From NCBI GenBank assembly GCA_963848965.1, contig CAWKFG010000004.1, forward strand, positions 736,001 to 800,000: 64,000 nt of DNA. Direction: 5' to 3'. A model generated the notes under the pieces. It was not told where the DNA came from and ran no database searches. It worked only from the letters and a program-made list of their open reading frames with translations. The translations under genes and the position numbers were made by a program. The stretch is from an uncultured bacterium. Lineage in GTDB: Bacteria > Babelota > Babeliae > Babelales > Babelaceae. Positions 50,601 through 59,716 of this stretch are shown in pieces; positions within the stretch are counted from its first letter, which is position 1; each line of letters opens with the position of its first letter.

Positions 50601-52155
50601 TCTCTTTTACCGCAAATAAGAATATTTTATTGAGTATTTTTTCTTCTAAAGAGTTCAATGCTTGTAACGATGAACGAGAGATAGTTCCTTTAAGAATTTC
50701 TTCTTTAAGAGTTTGAAGAAATACTTCTTGCTTTTTTTGTTGCTCTTTATGCTCTGCTAATGCTTTCTTTTCTTTCTCCTTCTCATGTAAAAGAGAAACT
50801 ATTTCTTGAATATTAAGCTGAGTAGCAAGCATATATGCTGTTTCTTCACGTTGGTTTCTTATTGTACAATAATCTGCTTGATGGTCTAATAAGCATTTTG
50901 CAAGCGAAACATTATGATGTGCAAGAGCATGCATAAGTGCAGTATATCCATCACTGTCTTGCGCATTTAACAAACTGCCCTTTTTTAACGTAGCTTCAAT
51001 AAAGGCTTTGCAAGCTTCTAGTTCTTCTTTTGCTAAAGTATGATGCTTAATTGCGTATATAAGAGGGGTACAACCATAATTATCAGAAGTGTTTACATCA
51101 GCACCAAGATAAAGCAACAGCTCTGCGATATCGTACAGCTTTCTTTGTAATGCTCTCATTAAAGGAGTTTCGCCCTTCTTATTCGCTTTATTAATGACAG
51201 CTTGATGTGCAAGCCCAAGAACGGCTTCATACACTTCAGAATCGATAGCATAATGTAACGCCGTATTTCCGACATTGTCTTGTTCCTCTAACAAAATCCC
51301 TCGCTCTAAAAATACATTAATAAGATCACATCTACCTGCTTGAGCTGCAAGCATTAAAGCAGTTTGACCTTTCTCATTTTTTACCTCTATAGCAGACTCT
51401 TCAAGAAGATCTATAACCGAGTAGAGTGAACAATCCTGTTGTGAAAGTATTTTAAATAGTTCTGTAGGCGTTTCTTGCTTATTCTCTCTTACGGTAAGAT
51501 TCTCAGCTCTTTGCTGTACGGCTATCGTTTCTAATGATCCCAAAAGTACTTTTTTTGTTTCTTTTACAATAGGATGAATGGTAAGAATATGAGTACGCAA
51601 GGACTTGTGAAGAACAAGTTTAAGAGGAACTCGTGCAAGATCGTACAGAGCTTTCATAGTAATAGAATAAGTATGTTCTGCTTGCGGTAACGGCATACTT
51701 TCATAAACGCTTTGTTCAGCTAATTCTTGTATATAGGTAGCAACAGCTTTTAAGCTCCAGGTAGAAGGGAAAAAGCTTTTTGGTTGAGCATATACCTTCC
51801 CTTGGTAGATTATATATCCAGTATGAAACGTAGAGATATCGTTGTACGTAAAAATCCAGAGATGTTTATTTACCTTAATAAGAGTTCCATTCAGTACCTC
51901 TTCTATCTTTGGGTTAGTATGTCCATAATAGTGAAATCCTGATATTTTATCATCTTTTTCAAAAGATACTCTTTGATATGTCGTAATATGTTTAAGCACA
52001 TCTTTTAGGGGTAAAATATAGTGATGGCCTCCTAAAGAAAGAGAAATGAGAGAGCTAAAGACATCTGAGCTCTTTTCAGGAGCTTGCATAGTATAGGTGC
52101 TAACACCTATACCTAAAGTGAGTAGAATAAGACAAAAAAAGCGTTGTATATGCAT
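47698..52155 (-). CDS. Large exported ankyrin-repeat protein with N-terminal EndoU-like nuclease domain
   Basis: Many ankyrin repeats in several blocks; N-terminal LKHI...SGFHY...KSFFPSTWS pattern. Confidence 0.85.
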   Translation of the reverse strand: MHIQRFFCLILLTLGIGVSTYTMQAPEKSSDVFSSLISLSLGGHHYILPLKDVLKHITTYQRVSFEKDDKISGFHYYGHTNPKIEEVLNGTLIKVNKHLWIFTYNDISTFHTGYIIYQGKVYAQPKSFFPSTWSLKAVATYIQELAEQSVYESMPLPQAEHTYSITMKALYDLARVPLKLVLHKSLRTHILTIHPIVKETKKVLLGSLETIAVQQRAENLTVRENKQETPTELFKILSQQDCSLYSVIDLLEESAIEVKNEKGQTALMLAAQAGRCDLINVFLERGILLEEQDNVGNTALHYAIDSEVYEAVLGLAHQAVINKANKKGETPLMRALQRKLYDIAELLLYLGADVNTSDNYGCTPLIYAIKHHTLAKEELEACKAFIEATLKKGSLLNAQDSDGYTALMHALAHHNVSLAKCLLDHQADYCTIRNQREETAYMLATQLNIQEIVSLLHEKEKEKKALAEHKEQQKKQEVFLQTLKEEILKGTISRSSLQALNSLEEKILNKIFLFAVKESKATVVEQLLKAPLQRAPEVYHEALTLAFTRNIGIFSTLIQHHSLKRELIEEWFLKLLEVQYKEQRGNYTNLLAFIGINYPYALTKALQNAGSLGYFLSFIEKRVINFSQTQAGELFLEAIRYNVLPVIEQLLTFYPSVLPYKNGKGQNALMIAALSDHASLITYLYKKGLQLHEQDNSGKTAINYAPADSNALKELQSHITQEEYAKQEKQRTTLLQEQKSEVERLQRLGYSPLMIAAYCNDVETLQKDRSTTSNYSDPLGRTALMVAVERNNEEAVAILLSKQDLIIDQQDKKGITALIIAIQGGKASLVEKLLVKGASVFLRSHESKNAFTITKHISSGIQKLLEVYGMQQLTALLGKVCQAPHTNSQALFDALDKEIDFVSLSLKVKAHVLATLVKNRAPQLLEHLLKRISVPLQDLMKHTEFDSLNYIVDHYHKDTLSVLFTYAVFEGNYKVCIGFEEFPDSLLFVLAQHFFTFVSRIKDSLQDPHMQEAVRNGTMKDDKFLRIDKSNLPALVPLVCLYGGTADDLKKILGIVKPNLNTMIVDPATGNPLLLQAVLQEVDSAIIETLLKYGADVNQRAKEGITALIIACHLPEPNPEVVRLLINYGADSNAVTASGQTALNGAARSGNAEIARMLIKNGACVNGSLPRQGLFSSLLRFTANEAPVTTPLLLACQHNHKEVAQLLLEQKANVNCANEQGNTPLILCCQNNNEVRVKLLLDYHADVNRQNNEGLTALMVASSYGHSSIMKLLLTHNADTNISARDGRTALICMCSAPHDVLTKAQREAVVRLLVEHKADVNKVDNLRRTALGWAVQHDLPEVVKLLLDSGASVDSQDDTGCTALHYACSLGLKEIAALLLAHKADVNIQTYAQKATPLMSACQVEPHKILSEAKKTFIQKNKGIMSEYRANKLEIIKMLLKVPHLDVSLRCSTGQDVMQLAEFWKDKHVIKLLKDEIKKKTDKK

Positions 52156-52360
52156 AGTATTAATCCTTATAGCTATTATAAAAAGGGATTTTTAAGTATA
52201 AAGAATATATAAATAATGTCAATATTTTATATTATTATATTTTTACAATTATAATACATTTTATATTAAATTTTCTTTTTGGAAATAAAATAACTGAGAC
52301 ATTTTATACAAAAAAGTAAGATCGCTTTATATCCCTTTTCTTTTTGTTACCGGCAAGCAA

Positions 52361-52385
52361 AAGAGCCCTCTTTATGAGGGCTCTT
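52361..52385 (-). terminator. Rho-independent terminator of the glycosyltransferase gene
   Basis: AAGAGCCCTC/GAGGGCTCTT stem with T-run on the minus strand. Confidence 0.7.
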
Positions 52386-52409
52386 ATTATATACATGTCT
52401 TTTATTATA

Positions 52410-54086
52410 TTATCCTTGGCTACCAAATTTAGGGTCCATCCAAGCTGTATTCCAATAGTGTGCTCCAATAGCTTGAGCTGGTATTTTACCATCTGGAGTT
52501 ACCACTTGTTTTTTTGGATATTCATCTGCCCGTGCAGGATAAATAGTTTGAGGAGGTAAAACTATATCTTGCGTATCCTTACCTGCTGCTAATGCAAATG
52601 CTATAGTAAACATAAAAGGACCTGTTTCAACAATAGTTTTAAACCCATTATTAGGTGCAGATTTTATGTAATCTGGAGCATTCTCGCTCAAGTTACGTTT
52701 GATCATTTCTAATGCCTTATTAACAACAGGATGATCAGGACAAGCTCCAATAAAGGCATTACATAAGTAGACCGACATAGGCTCTAGACCTACAATCATG
52801 TCATACGCCTTGCTATAGGGTAATAATGATTGGAATAGTTCATAATCGGTATCCAAATAATAGCCACCAAAAAGACGAAGCAACTCAAGACGAATAATAT
52901 CAGTAGCTTTACCGAATTTCTTCTCTTTAATTGCAGATTTATACAAGTCACCTGTTACAAATTTTGTTGTATCAAGGTCTTTCAATTCACGTAAGATAAT
53001 AGTTGGATGATTTTCAAGCAATTGTGCAAGCTTAGGTAACTTTTCTTTGCTTTCTATCCAGAAATAGTGAGTCCATCCCTCTGAAGGCATATTATGCTCA
53101 ATACTATTTTCAAGCCATTGAATATACTGAGGTGAAGGATCTTTTGGATTATCATCTGATGTTACCCAGATTTTATGAGTAACAAGAGGCGTTCTATATA
53201 CGGTAGAATCAAGCAAGTCTGGATCTTGCTTTAAAAGTGACGCAATGTTATTACGCGCATATAAAGTTTGTCTTTGTCGATCTATTTCAGCAAGACTGAG
53301 TCCCTCTTTGTGTCCCACAGAATCTGTGTAGTCATAGCTTCCATTAAATTCACGCCTAAATGCTTTTTCTTCATCTGAAATAGTAGGATCATTCAATTGT
53401 TCATCATTAAACTTCTTAGAAGTAAAATCAAAGTGATGATATTGATGAAGGAAATGACGATCTTGTACCATTTCAATATTTACTTGAAGATAGCTATCTT
53501 CAGTAAATTTAGGATTTAAAAAGAAGAGAGGATTATCGTCTACTGGCTTGATAGAACGAACAATAATACCATTCTGCTTTTCAAACACATACAACTCATA
53601 AGGCTTTATAGTAACTTCATCGCTCTTAAAGAAATCAGGTTTATCTTTAGCCTCATACTTTACTTTTAATGTAATTGATTCACTTGTTTTATTTTCAATA
53701 ACAAAACCATCTTCAATACGCAATTTCTTGATAAACGAATTAAAGTCTCTTCGAGCATCATAAAGAGCCTTTTGTGAGAGAATCATTTTCTTAAAGAGAT
53801 TTTTTTCAGATTCCTTCACATGCTTTAATTGAGGTTTTTTAGCTCGTATAAGCTCAAGAAAACTCTTAAGCTTTCCTTGCTTCTTTCTTTTAGATAGTTT
53901 CTTTTTAAAGTTTTTCTCGTGCTTTAACCGAAACCTTTCAGCTTTTGCACGCCTAAAAAAGCTCTTATGCTTTCCTTTCTTCTTTAGACCATGAGCCGGA
54001 GGTGTTTTATGTTTAATAGCTGCATGAGCTTCACACCCTCCAAATGTTAATAAAAGCAAATAGAATATTAAAAAAGATTTATTCAT
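52410..54086 (-). CDS. Exported DXD-motif glycosyltransferase (GT32/GT44-like) with Lys-rich N-terminus
   Basis: TP..THKIWV, TDIIRLELLRLFGGYYLDTD, NAFIGACPDHP, ETGP, HYWNTAW. Confidence 0.85.
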   Translation of the reverse strand: MNKSFLIFYLLLLTFGGCEAHAAIKHKTPPAHGLKKKGKHKSFFRRAKAERFRLKHEKNFKKKLSKRKKQGKLKSFLELIRAKKPQLKHVKESEKNLFKKMILSQKALYDARRDFNSFIKKLRIEDGFVIENKTSESITLKVKYEAKDKPDFFKSDEVTIKPYELYVFEKQNGIIVRSIKPVDDNPLFFLNPKFTEDSYLQVNIEMVQDRHFLHQYHHFDFTSKKFNDEQLNDPTISDEEKAFRREFNGSYDYTDSVGHKEGLSLAEIDRQRQTLYARNNIASLLKQDPDLLDSTVYRTPLVTHKIWVTSDDNPKDPSPQYIQWLENSIEHNMPSEGWTHYFWIESKEKLPKLAQLLENHPTIILRELKDLDTTKFVTGDLYKSAIKEKKFGKATDIIRLELLRLFGGYYLDTDYELFQSLLPYSKAYDMIVGLEPMSVYLCNAFIGACPDHPVVNKALEMIKRNLSENAPDYIKSAPNNGFKTIVETGPFMFTIAFALAAGKDTQDIVLPPQTIYPARADEYPKKQVVTPDGKIPAQAIGAHYWNTAWMDPKFGSQG

Positions 54087-54447
54087 AATTATCCCTACTT
54101 TATATAATTGTATGTTTGTGAATGAAAATTGATCTGAAACGTTCTCTTTTCAGCCAAACATGCTCAAAATAAATATTTTTGAATTAATAGACATGTAATA
54201 ATATTTTATTAGTTTTTTGCTATTTGTCAAATTTAAATTCAAGAATACTGATTTAATGCCCTAAGAGGTCATAGAGCTAGGCCCATTTAAGGTCTAGAAG
54301 GACTTTTGGGAGGTCATGCTTTTAAGTTCCCCTCAAAGTAAACATCGTTTGCAAAAAAGAGTCTAAAAACTATACTTAACTGCATAAGCTTGGGTTTTTG
54401 CCCATTTTACTTGTAACAAGATTTTCACCTTAAACCAAAAGAATAAT

Positions 54448-54999
54448 ATGATTATAGCTATTGGATCAACAAATCCTGTTAAACTACAAGCAGTAGAAGA
54501 AGTTGTTAAAGATTATACGCAGCTTGCTCAAGCCCAGATACAGTCTTTTAACGTACCTTCACAAGTTTCAGATCAACCACTTTCACTTGAAGAAACCATT
54601 CAAGGGGCTAAAAATCGTGCCAAAAATGCTTTCATTGAATGTGGCACATGTACCTATAGCTTTGGCATCGAAAGTGGGCTTATGAAAGCACCGGGGGCCC
54701 AAACAAGTTATATAGAAACAAGTATTTGCTCCATTTTTGATGGAAGCCTTTATGCTATAGGACTATCCTGCGGCTTTGAAGTACCGCCCAAGGTTCTTGA
54801 TCTTGTGCTTAATAAGCATATGAACCTCAGTGACGCTTGCTATCATGCAGGAATTACCACTAATACCAAAATTGGATCTGCTGAAGGGCTTATTGGCATT
54901 CTTACAGAGGGAAGAATTAATCGCAAAGAGTATACTAAGCCGTCAATTATTACTGCTTTAGCTCAGATTCAGCACGCTCAATGGTACAAAAAAGCATAA
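54448..54999 (+). CDS. yjjX: Inosine/xanthosine triphosphatase
   Basis: GSTNPVKLQAV, VSDQP..LEETIQGAKNRA, GIESG, GLIGILT.G.INR. Confidence 0.88.
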   Translation: MIIAIGSTNPVKLQAVEEVVKDYTQLAQAQIQSFNVPSQVSDQPLSLEETIQGAKNRAKNAFIECGTCTYSFGIESGLMKAPGAQTSYIETSICSIFDGSLYAIGLSCGFEVPPKVLDLVLNKHMNLSDACYHAGITTNTKIGSAEGLIGILTEGRINRKEYTKPSIITALAQIQHAQWYKKA

Positions 55000-55004
55000 A
55001 ACCC

Positions 55005-55034
55005 TTGCATTAAATGCTTTATTTCTGCTATACT
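55005..55034 (+). promoter_or_regulatory. Putative sigma70 promoter of the ABC exporter
   Basis: TTGCAT-N18-TATACT with extended TG. Confidence 0.45.
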
Positions 55035-55275
55035 AAAAATATACTGTTTAAAATTTCAAAAATTTATGCGTGTTATGATAATTATTAACGAACAAATCAC
55101 AGTCTTTATTCCCACGAGTGTTTAACTCCCAGACCATTTTTACATGGTACTGGGAAGCAGATCTCTTACTCTTCAATTTTTATTCTAGGTAGAATTCTGT
55201 CTTCCTTTATATTCCCTTTTATTGCTTTTATATACGTCTCTTTAGACGGTCTATGTTTATTTAAAGGAAACAGCT

Positions 55276-56019
55276 ATGAAACAGATACTACTTGCAATTC
55301 AGAATATTTCTAAAGCATATAATCATACTCTTGCAGTCAAAGATGTATCGCTTACTATTTACGAAGGTGAGATACTTGGTCTACTAGGCTCTAATGGAGC
55401 AGGAAAGACAACGCTTTCTTCACTTATTGCAACATTACATCCACCTACAAGCGGCACTATTTTGTATAAGGGCACTTCTATTTATAAAAATGTTCCTGCG
55501 TATCGAATGAATATTGGTTTCTGTCCACAAAAACCAAACTTTGATTCTACAATGACAGTAAAAGAAAATCTTCTTTTTGCAGGAAGATACTTTGGCCTCT
55601 CTTACGAGCAAACAGAGCAAAGAGTAGCATTTCTTATACAAGAGTTTGGTCTTAGTGCACATGCAGATAAGCAACCGGATGTGCTTTCAGGAGGATATAA
55701 ACAGCGGCTTCTTATTGCTAGAGCGCTGGTTCATAATCCTACTATTCTCATTCTTGATGAGCCTACTGTTGCTTTAGATCCACATGTACGCAGACAAGTA
55801 TGGAATTCTATTAAGCATCTTAAAATGCTTGGTATCACTGTTATTTTAACTACTCATTATTTAGATGAAGCAGAGTACCTTGCAGATAGGGTATGTATTA
55901 TGGATAAAGGGGTAATTAAAGTGATTGATACTCCTGAAAACTTGCTTTCTACTTATGGTAAAAAAACGTTAGAAGAAGTATTTATTGATTATATGGAAAA
56001 ACAAGAGGAACTCTCATGA
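55276..56019 (+). CDS. ABC-2-type exporter ATP-binding subunit
   Basis: GSNGAGKTT, LSGGYKQRLLIARAL, LILDEPT, LTTHYLDEAE. Confidence 0.92.
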   Translation: MKQILLAIQNISKAYNHTLAVKDVSLTIYEGEILGLLGSNGAGKTTLSSLIATLHPPTSGTILYKGTSIYKNVPAYRMNIGFCPQKPNFDSTMTVKENLLFAGRYFGLSYEQTEQRVAFLIQEFGLSAHADKQPDVLSGGYKQRLLIARALVHNPTILILDEPTVALDPHVRRQVWNSIKHLKMLGITVILTTHYLDEAEYLADRVCIMDKGVIKVIDTPENLLSTYGKKTLEEVFIDYMEKQEELS

Positions 56020-56801
56020 ATACAGTACAACCATTGAAAACCTTTAGATTTTTATTATGGCGCGATTTACGCCTATTAAGATCTGGTTTTATACACTATC
56101 TCATTGACACGCTTATATGGACAGGCTCTAATGTCATCATCAGTGGTTATTTATTACCTTTGCTTGGCATGGGCCGTTCATATGGTAATTTTATGCTTGT
56201 AGGATCAACTATTAGCATGTGCTTTTTTTATGCAATAAATAAAAGCCATGATCTTGTAGCTGATTTTGAAGGAAGTAAGAATATTACCTATGATCTTGTA
56301 CTTCCTATTGCTTCATGGGCAGTGTTCTTTAAAATAGCCCTGAGCTTTGCACTACAAGCAGCTCTTGTTAATATCTTAGCAATTCCTTTAGGCAAAATAC
56401 TTCTAGGAGAATCTCTGCATATGAGCTTATTTGCATGCAGTAAAGTGATAATGGTATTCAGCCTCATTGCCATTTTCCTTGGCTTCTTTGGTCTCTGGGT
56501 TGCAAGTTGGGTAAAGCATCCATCATTGTATCCTCATGTATGGATGCGCTTTATATTGCCTTTATGGGCTTTTGGCGGCTATCAGTTCTCTTGGTATACA
56601 CTCAAAGGTGCTTATCCTTTGATAGCGTATGCTAGCTTACTAAATCCAATGGTTTACACATTTGAAAGCCTCCGAGCAGTACTATTAGGACAAGAGGAAT
56701 ATATTCCATTAGCAGTATGTATTTTTATGCTTACTATGTTTACTCTCCTGCTTTGGGTTCATACATTGTATCTTTTAAAGAAACGGCTTGACTATATCTA
56801 A
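56016..56801 (+). CDS. ABC-2-type exporter permease
   Basis: About six TM segments, NPMVYTFESLR motif; ATGA overlap with the ATPase. Confidence 0.88.
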   Translation: MNTVQPLKTFRFLLWRDLRLLRSGFIHYLIDTLIWTGSNVIISGYLLPLLGMGRSYGNFMLVGSTISMCFFYAINKSHDLVADFEGSKNITYDLVLPIASWAVFFKIALSFALQAALVNILAIPLGKILLGESLHMSLFACSKVIMVFSLIAIFLGFFGLWVASWVKHPSLYPHVWMRFILPLWAFGGYQFSWYTLKGAYPLIAYASLLNPMVYTFESLRAVLLGQEEYIPLAVCIFMLTMFTLLLWVHTLYLLKKRLDYI

Positions 56802-56803
56802 CT

Positions 56804-56833
56804 ACAGGGTAGGATCTTCCTACCCTGTTTTTT
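56804..56833 (+). terminator. Rho-independent terminator after the ABC exporter
   Basis: ACAGGGTAGGA-TCT-TCCTACCCTGT followed by TTTTT. Confidence 0.85.
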
Positions 56834-56926
56834 GTATCTTTTAAACATGTATTACCTTGTCTTTTTTCACTCTTAAAGTATTATTGAAAAGATAGCGGTA
56901 TGATATAAGAAACCTTAGGTCTTTCT

Positions 56927-57682
56927 ATGTTTTTTTCTTTAAAACAAGGTATATACGCAGCTCAAAGTGATCTTAATGTTATACTTCTTGATGCAAACAG
57001 AGATAAGTACTTTAGTATAAGTTCTGAAGTAGGAACCATTTTATTAAGAATTCTTAATACTGAATTTGATTATAGCAATGGAATGTATCGTGCCCTTTCT
57101 GTTCCTGAGGAAGAAAACAGTTTTGATTACTGGATACAGTATTTTATTGAATCAGAGTTTATTGAGCCTCGAGAAACAAAAAGAGATACCATACACTTTA
57201 CTCGTTCTTTAGTATCTGGAGGTCTTACAGGATATCAATGGGATAGAAAGGATCGATTAGTATCTGTTTTTAAAATTTCTCCTGTACTTATTGTACAACT
57301 TCTTTGGATACTTATGAAAGTAAACTTTGCTTTAAAAAGAAAGGGTATACAAGGTGTTCTCAATATGCTAAGAAAGCTTAGCATAAAGCATAAATCTCAA
57401 GAAGTTCATCCTTCACAGATAGAATACTTATCAAACGCTCTTGATGCAGCATGCGCTTTATATCCAAAAAAAATATATTGTCTAGGCTGGGCTACAACGT
57501 TTACTTTAGTGGCACTTAAAAAAGGTTGGAGATGTAACTTGGTAATTGGAGTACAATCACCACCTTTTTATGCTCATGCATGGGCTGAAATAAACAACCA
57601 CGTAGTTAATGATGATAAAATTATCCAAGAACGGCTTGTTGTACTTCTTAAAGAGCCTTTTACAGATAATGTACCTTACTAG
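56927..57682 (+). CDS. Lasso peptide B protein (fused RRE and transglutaminase-like leader peptidase)
   Basis: N-terminal RRE-like VILLD...DKYFSI; C-terminal YCL...LVIGVQSPPFYAHAWAE...VVND with the Cys-His-Asp triad. Confidence 0.92.
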   Translation: MFFSLKQGIYAAQSDLNVILLDANRDKYFSISSEVGTILLRILNTEFDYSNGMYRALSVPEEENSFDYWIQYFIESEFIEPRETKRDTIHFTRSLVSGGLTGYQWDRKDRLVSVFKISPVLIVQLLWILMKVNFALKRKGIQGVLNMLRKLSIKHKSQEVHPSQIEYLSNALDAACALYPKKIYCLGWATTFTLVALKKGWRCNLVIGVQSPPFYAHAWAEINNHVVNDDKIIQERLVVLLKEPFTDNVPY

Positions 57683-57705
57683 TATCTCTAGCGAAAGAAA
57701 AAGCT

Positions 57706-59493
57706 ATGCCTCTTATTGCAGGAGCATTTTTAAATCATCATAGTAACAGCTCTTCTCTTGTTCATACATTACTTACTTGTGCAGAATCTAAAATTACTCT
57801 TGATAAGCTTGTATTCACTTATACAAACCAAAGAATAGTTTTAGTAGCAGGTAAAAAAATGCATGAATCATCTGCTGAAAAAGTAATAAATATAGGCCAG
57901 GGATCTGGTATACTGCTTGGACGACTTTTTCAAAAAGGTACTAGTACATTAGTACAACACTTAGAAGAAGAGGAACTAGAGAAGATAAGAGAATCGCAAG
58001 GTAGATGGTTAAGTGAGCGGTACTGGGGCAGGTATCTTGTTATACTGCTAGATGAAGAGAGTATAACAATTTATAGAGACCCACTAGGAGGTATACCGCT
58101 CTTTATTACACAGACAGCTCAAGGAGTAGTGTTCTCTACAGAGCTCTCAATGCTCTATGATGCATTAGAAGAAAAGCCAGTACTTGATTGGACTTACTTT
58201 ACTTCCTATGTAGCAGCGTCATTTACGCTTACTACTGCAACGCCATTTAAAGGAATAGAAGAGGTATTTCCAGGCTCTTATGTAAGCATATCAGCAGAAG
58301 GGTATAAAACAGGTCTTTTTTGGGATCCAACACAGATAGATGTAAAAGAGGAGAAAGAGCTAGAGGAGCAAATACTTGAGACATTTTCAAGCTGTATAAA
58401 GGCATGGACACAAGAAACGGAAGGCATAGCACTAGAGCTATCAGGAGGTCTTGATTCTTCTGCTCTTCTTATACTATTAAAACAGGTAGCTCCTCGTATG
58501 AATATCACTTGTTTTAACTATTTTCATCCTCGTGTAGCTTCTTCTGATGAAAGAAACTATGCAGCGCATGTTGCTCAAGAGTGCAATGTAGAGCTTTATT
58601 GTATAGATCAAAGCCAAGTTTTACCTTTAAGCAGCAATTCAATTCATAAAACAAATAAACCAAGTTCATTTTTACTGCAGGAAGCTCTTAATAGAGAAAT
58701 TACTTCTTTGGTATCTAAAAAAGGTACTTATGAATTTATGAGCGGACAAGGGGGTGATCATCTTTTTCTTGCTCCTCCACTCGTTGAATCTCTGGCAGAT
58801 TATTTTCTTGATAACGGTATAAGAGGAATAAGCTCTAAACTTCATGAGATGTGTGCCTATTATCGAACACCATTCTTAAGCACAGTTGGCCAATCATTAA
58901 ACGCTTTAATTTCTTATTACAGAAGTAAAATAGATCGTATAATTGCAAACTCAGAGATAGAAGACTGGATGACTCCCTCTTTTTTAAGGAGTATAGATCA
59001 AACTATTTATCAACCGCCCTTTTGGAGACAATTAAAGCAAGTGTACCCAGCTAAAGCACAGCATATATACGATATGTACAGCGCACTCCTTTATACAGAT
59101 CAAGGGCATAGAATGGAAAGCAGACCTGTAATTAATCCGTTTTTATCGCAGCCATTTGTAGAACTTGCACTTTCTATTCCTACCTATCAGCTGTATAAAC
59201 AAGAGCATGACCGGTTTCCTTTTAGAAATGCAATAAGTAGAATAAGCACAGCACCAAGTATATGGCGTAAAGATAAAGGAGAAACTACAGGCATTAGCGT
59301 CTTTGCTCTCAATACAAACTATAAGTATATTTGTAAATTGTTGCTCGACGGTAAATTTGTGCAGCATAATCTTATTGATAAAGATAAACTCTATGACCAT
59401 ATCAACCATTGTAAAAATGGTAAATCGTTTAACTTATGGCCTCTTATGAATCTTATATCTGTCGAGCTCTGGTTTGATTCATGGAACCTATAA
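57706..59493 (+). CDS. Lasso peptide cyclase C1 (asparagine synthetase-like)
   Basis: LELSGGLDSS, SGQGGDHLF, NPFLSQPFVELALSIP, WRKDKG; no N-terminal glutaminase Cys; follows the B gene. Confidence 0.92.
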   Translation: MPLIAGAFLNHHSNSSSLVHTLLTCAESKITLDKLVFTYTNQRIVLVAGKKMHESSAEKVINIGQGSGILLGRLFQKGTSTLVQHLEEEELEKIRESQGRWLSERYWGRYLVILLDEESITIYRDPLGGIPLFITQTAQGVVFSTELSMLYDALEEKPVLDWTYFTSYVAASFTLTTATPFKGIEEVFPGSYVSISAEGYKTGLFWDPTQIDVKEEKELEEQILETFSSCIKAWTQETEGIALELSGGLDSSALLILLKQVAPRMNITCFNYFHPRVASSDERNYAAHVAQECNVELYCIDQSQVLPLSSNSIHKTNKPSSFLLQEALNREITSLVSKKGTYEFMSGQGGDHLFLAPPLVESLADYFLDNGIRGISSKLHEMCAYYRTPFLSTVGQSLNALISYYRSKIDRIIANSEIEDWMTPSFLRSIDQTIYQPPFWRQLKQVYPAKAQHIYDMYSALLYTDQGHRMESRPVINPFLSQPFVELALSIPTYQLYKQEHDRFPFRNAISRISTAPSIWRKDKGETTGISVFALNTNYKYICKLLLDGKFVQHNLIDKDKLYDHINHCKNGKSFNLWPLMNLISVELWFDSWNL

Positions 59494-59494
59494 A

Positions 59495-59650
59495 CTACAT
59501 GCCCTTTGGTTTAAAATAACCATAATTTTCTGCACATGGTGTTGCTTTACCTAAGGTATATTCTGAAACTTTTGCAAGCTCTGTGATAAGGGCAGCTTTC
59601 TGATCTTCCATAATCTTTACAATTGGCTTTTGCTTTGTATTTTCTTCCAT
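59495..59650 (-). CDS. Lasso precursor A1: MEENTKQKPIVKIMEDQKAALITELAKVSEYTL-GKATPCAENYGYFKPKGM
   Basis: Manual translation (51 aa, absent from ORF track); GAGGAGG RBS; Thr(-2), Gly1, Glu8. Confidence 0.9.
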   Translation of the reverse strand: MEENTKQKPIVKIMEDQKAALITELAKVSEYTLGKATPCAENYGYFKPKGM

Positions 59651-59680
59651 AGTTTTTCCTCCTCTTATAGAATTACTTGT

Positions 59681-59711
59681 AGCAGAAGTAGATTTTATAT
59701 CTACTTCTGCT
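59681..59711. promoter_or_regulatory. 13-bp perfect hairpin between precursors A2 and A1
   Basis: AGCAGAAGTAGAT-TTTAT-ATCTACTTCTGCT. Confidence 0.7.
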
Positions 59712-59716
59712 TACAT

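Noticed and set aside
52304..52559. Short track ORFs around the glycosyltransferase 3' end
   Set aside because: They overlap the real gene and its terminator hairpin, with no RBS or motif.
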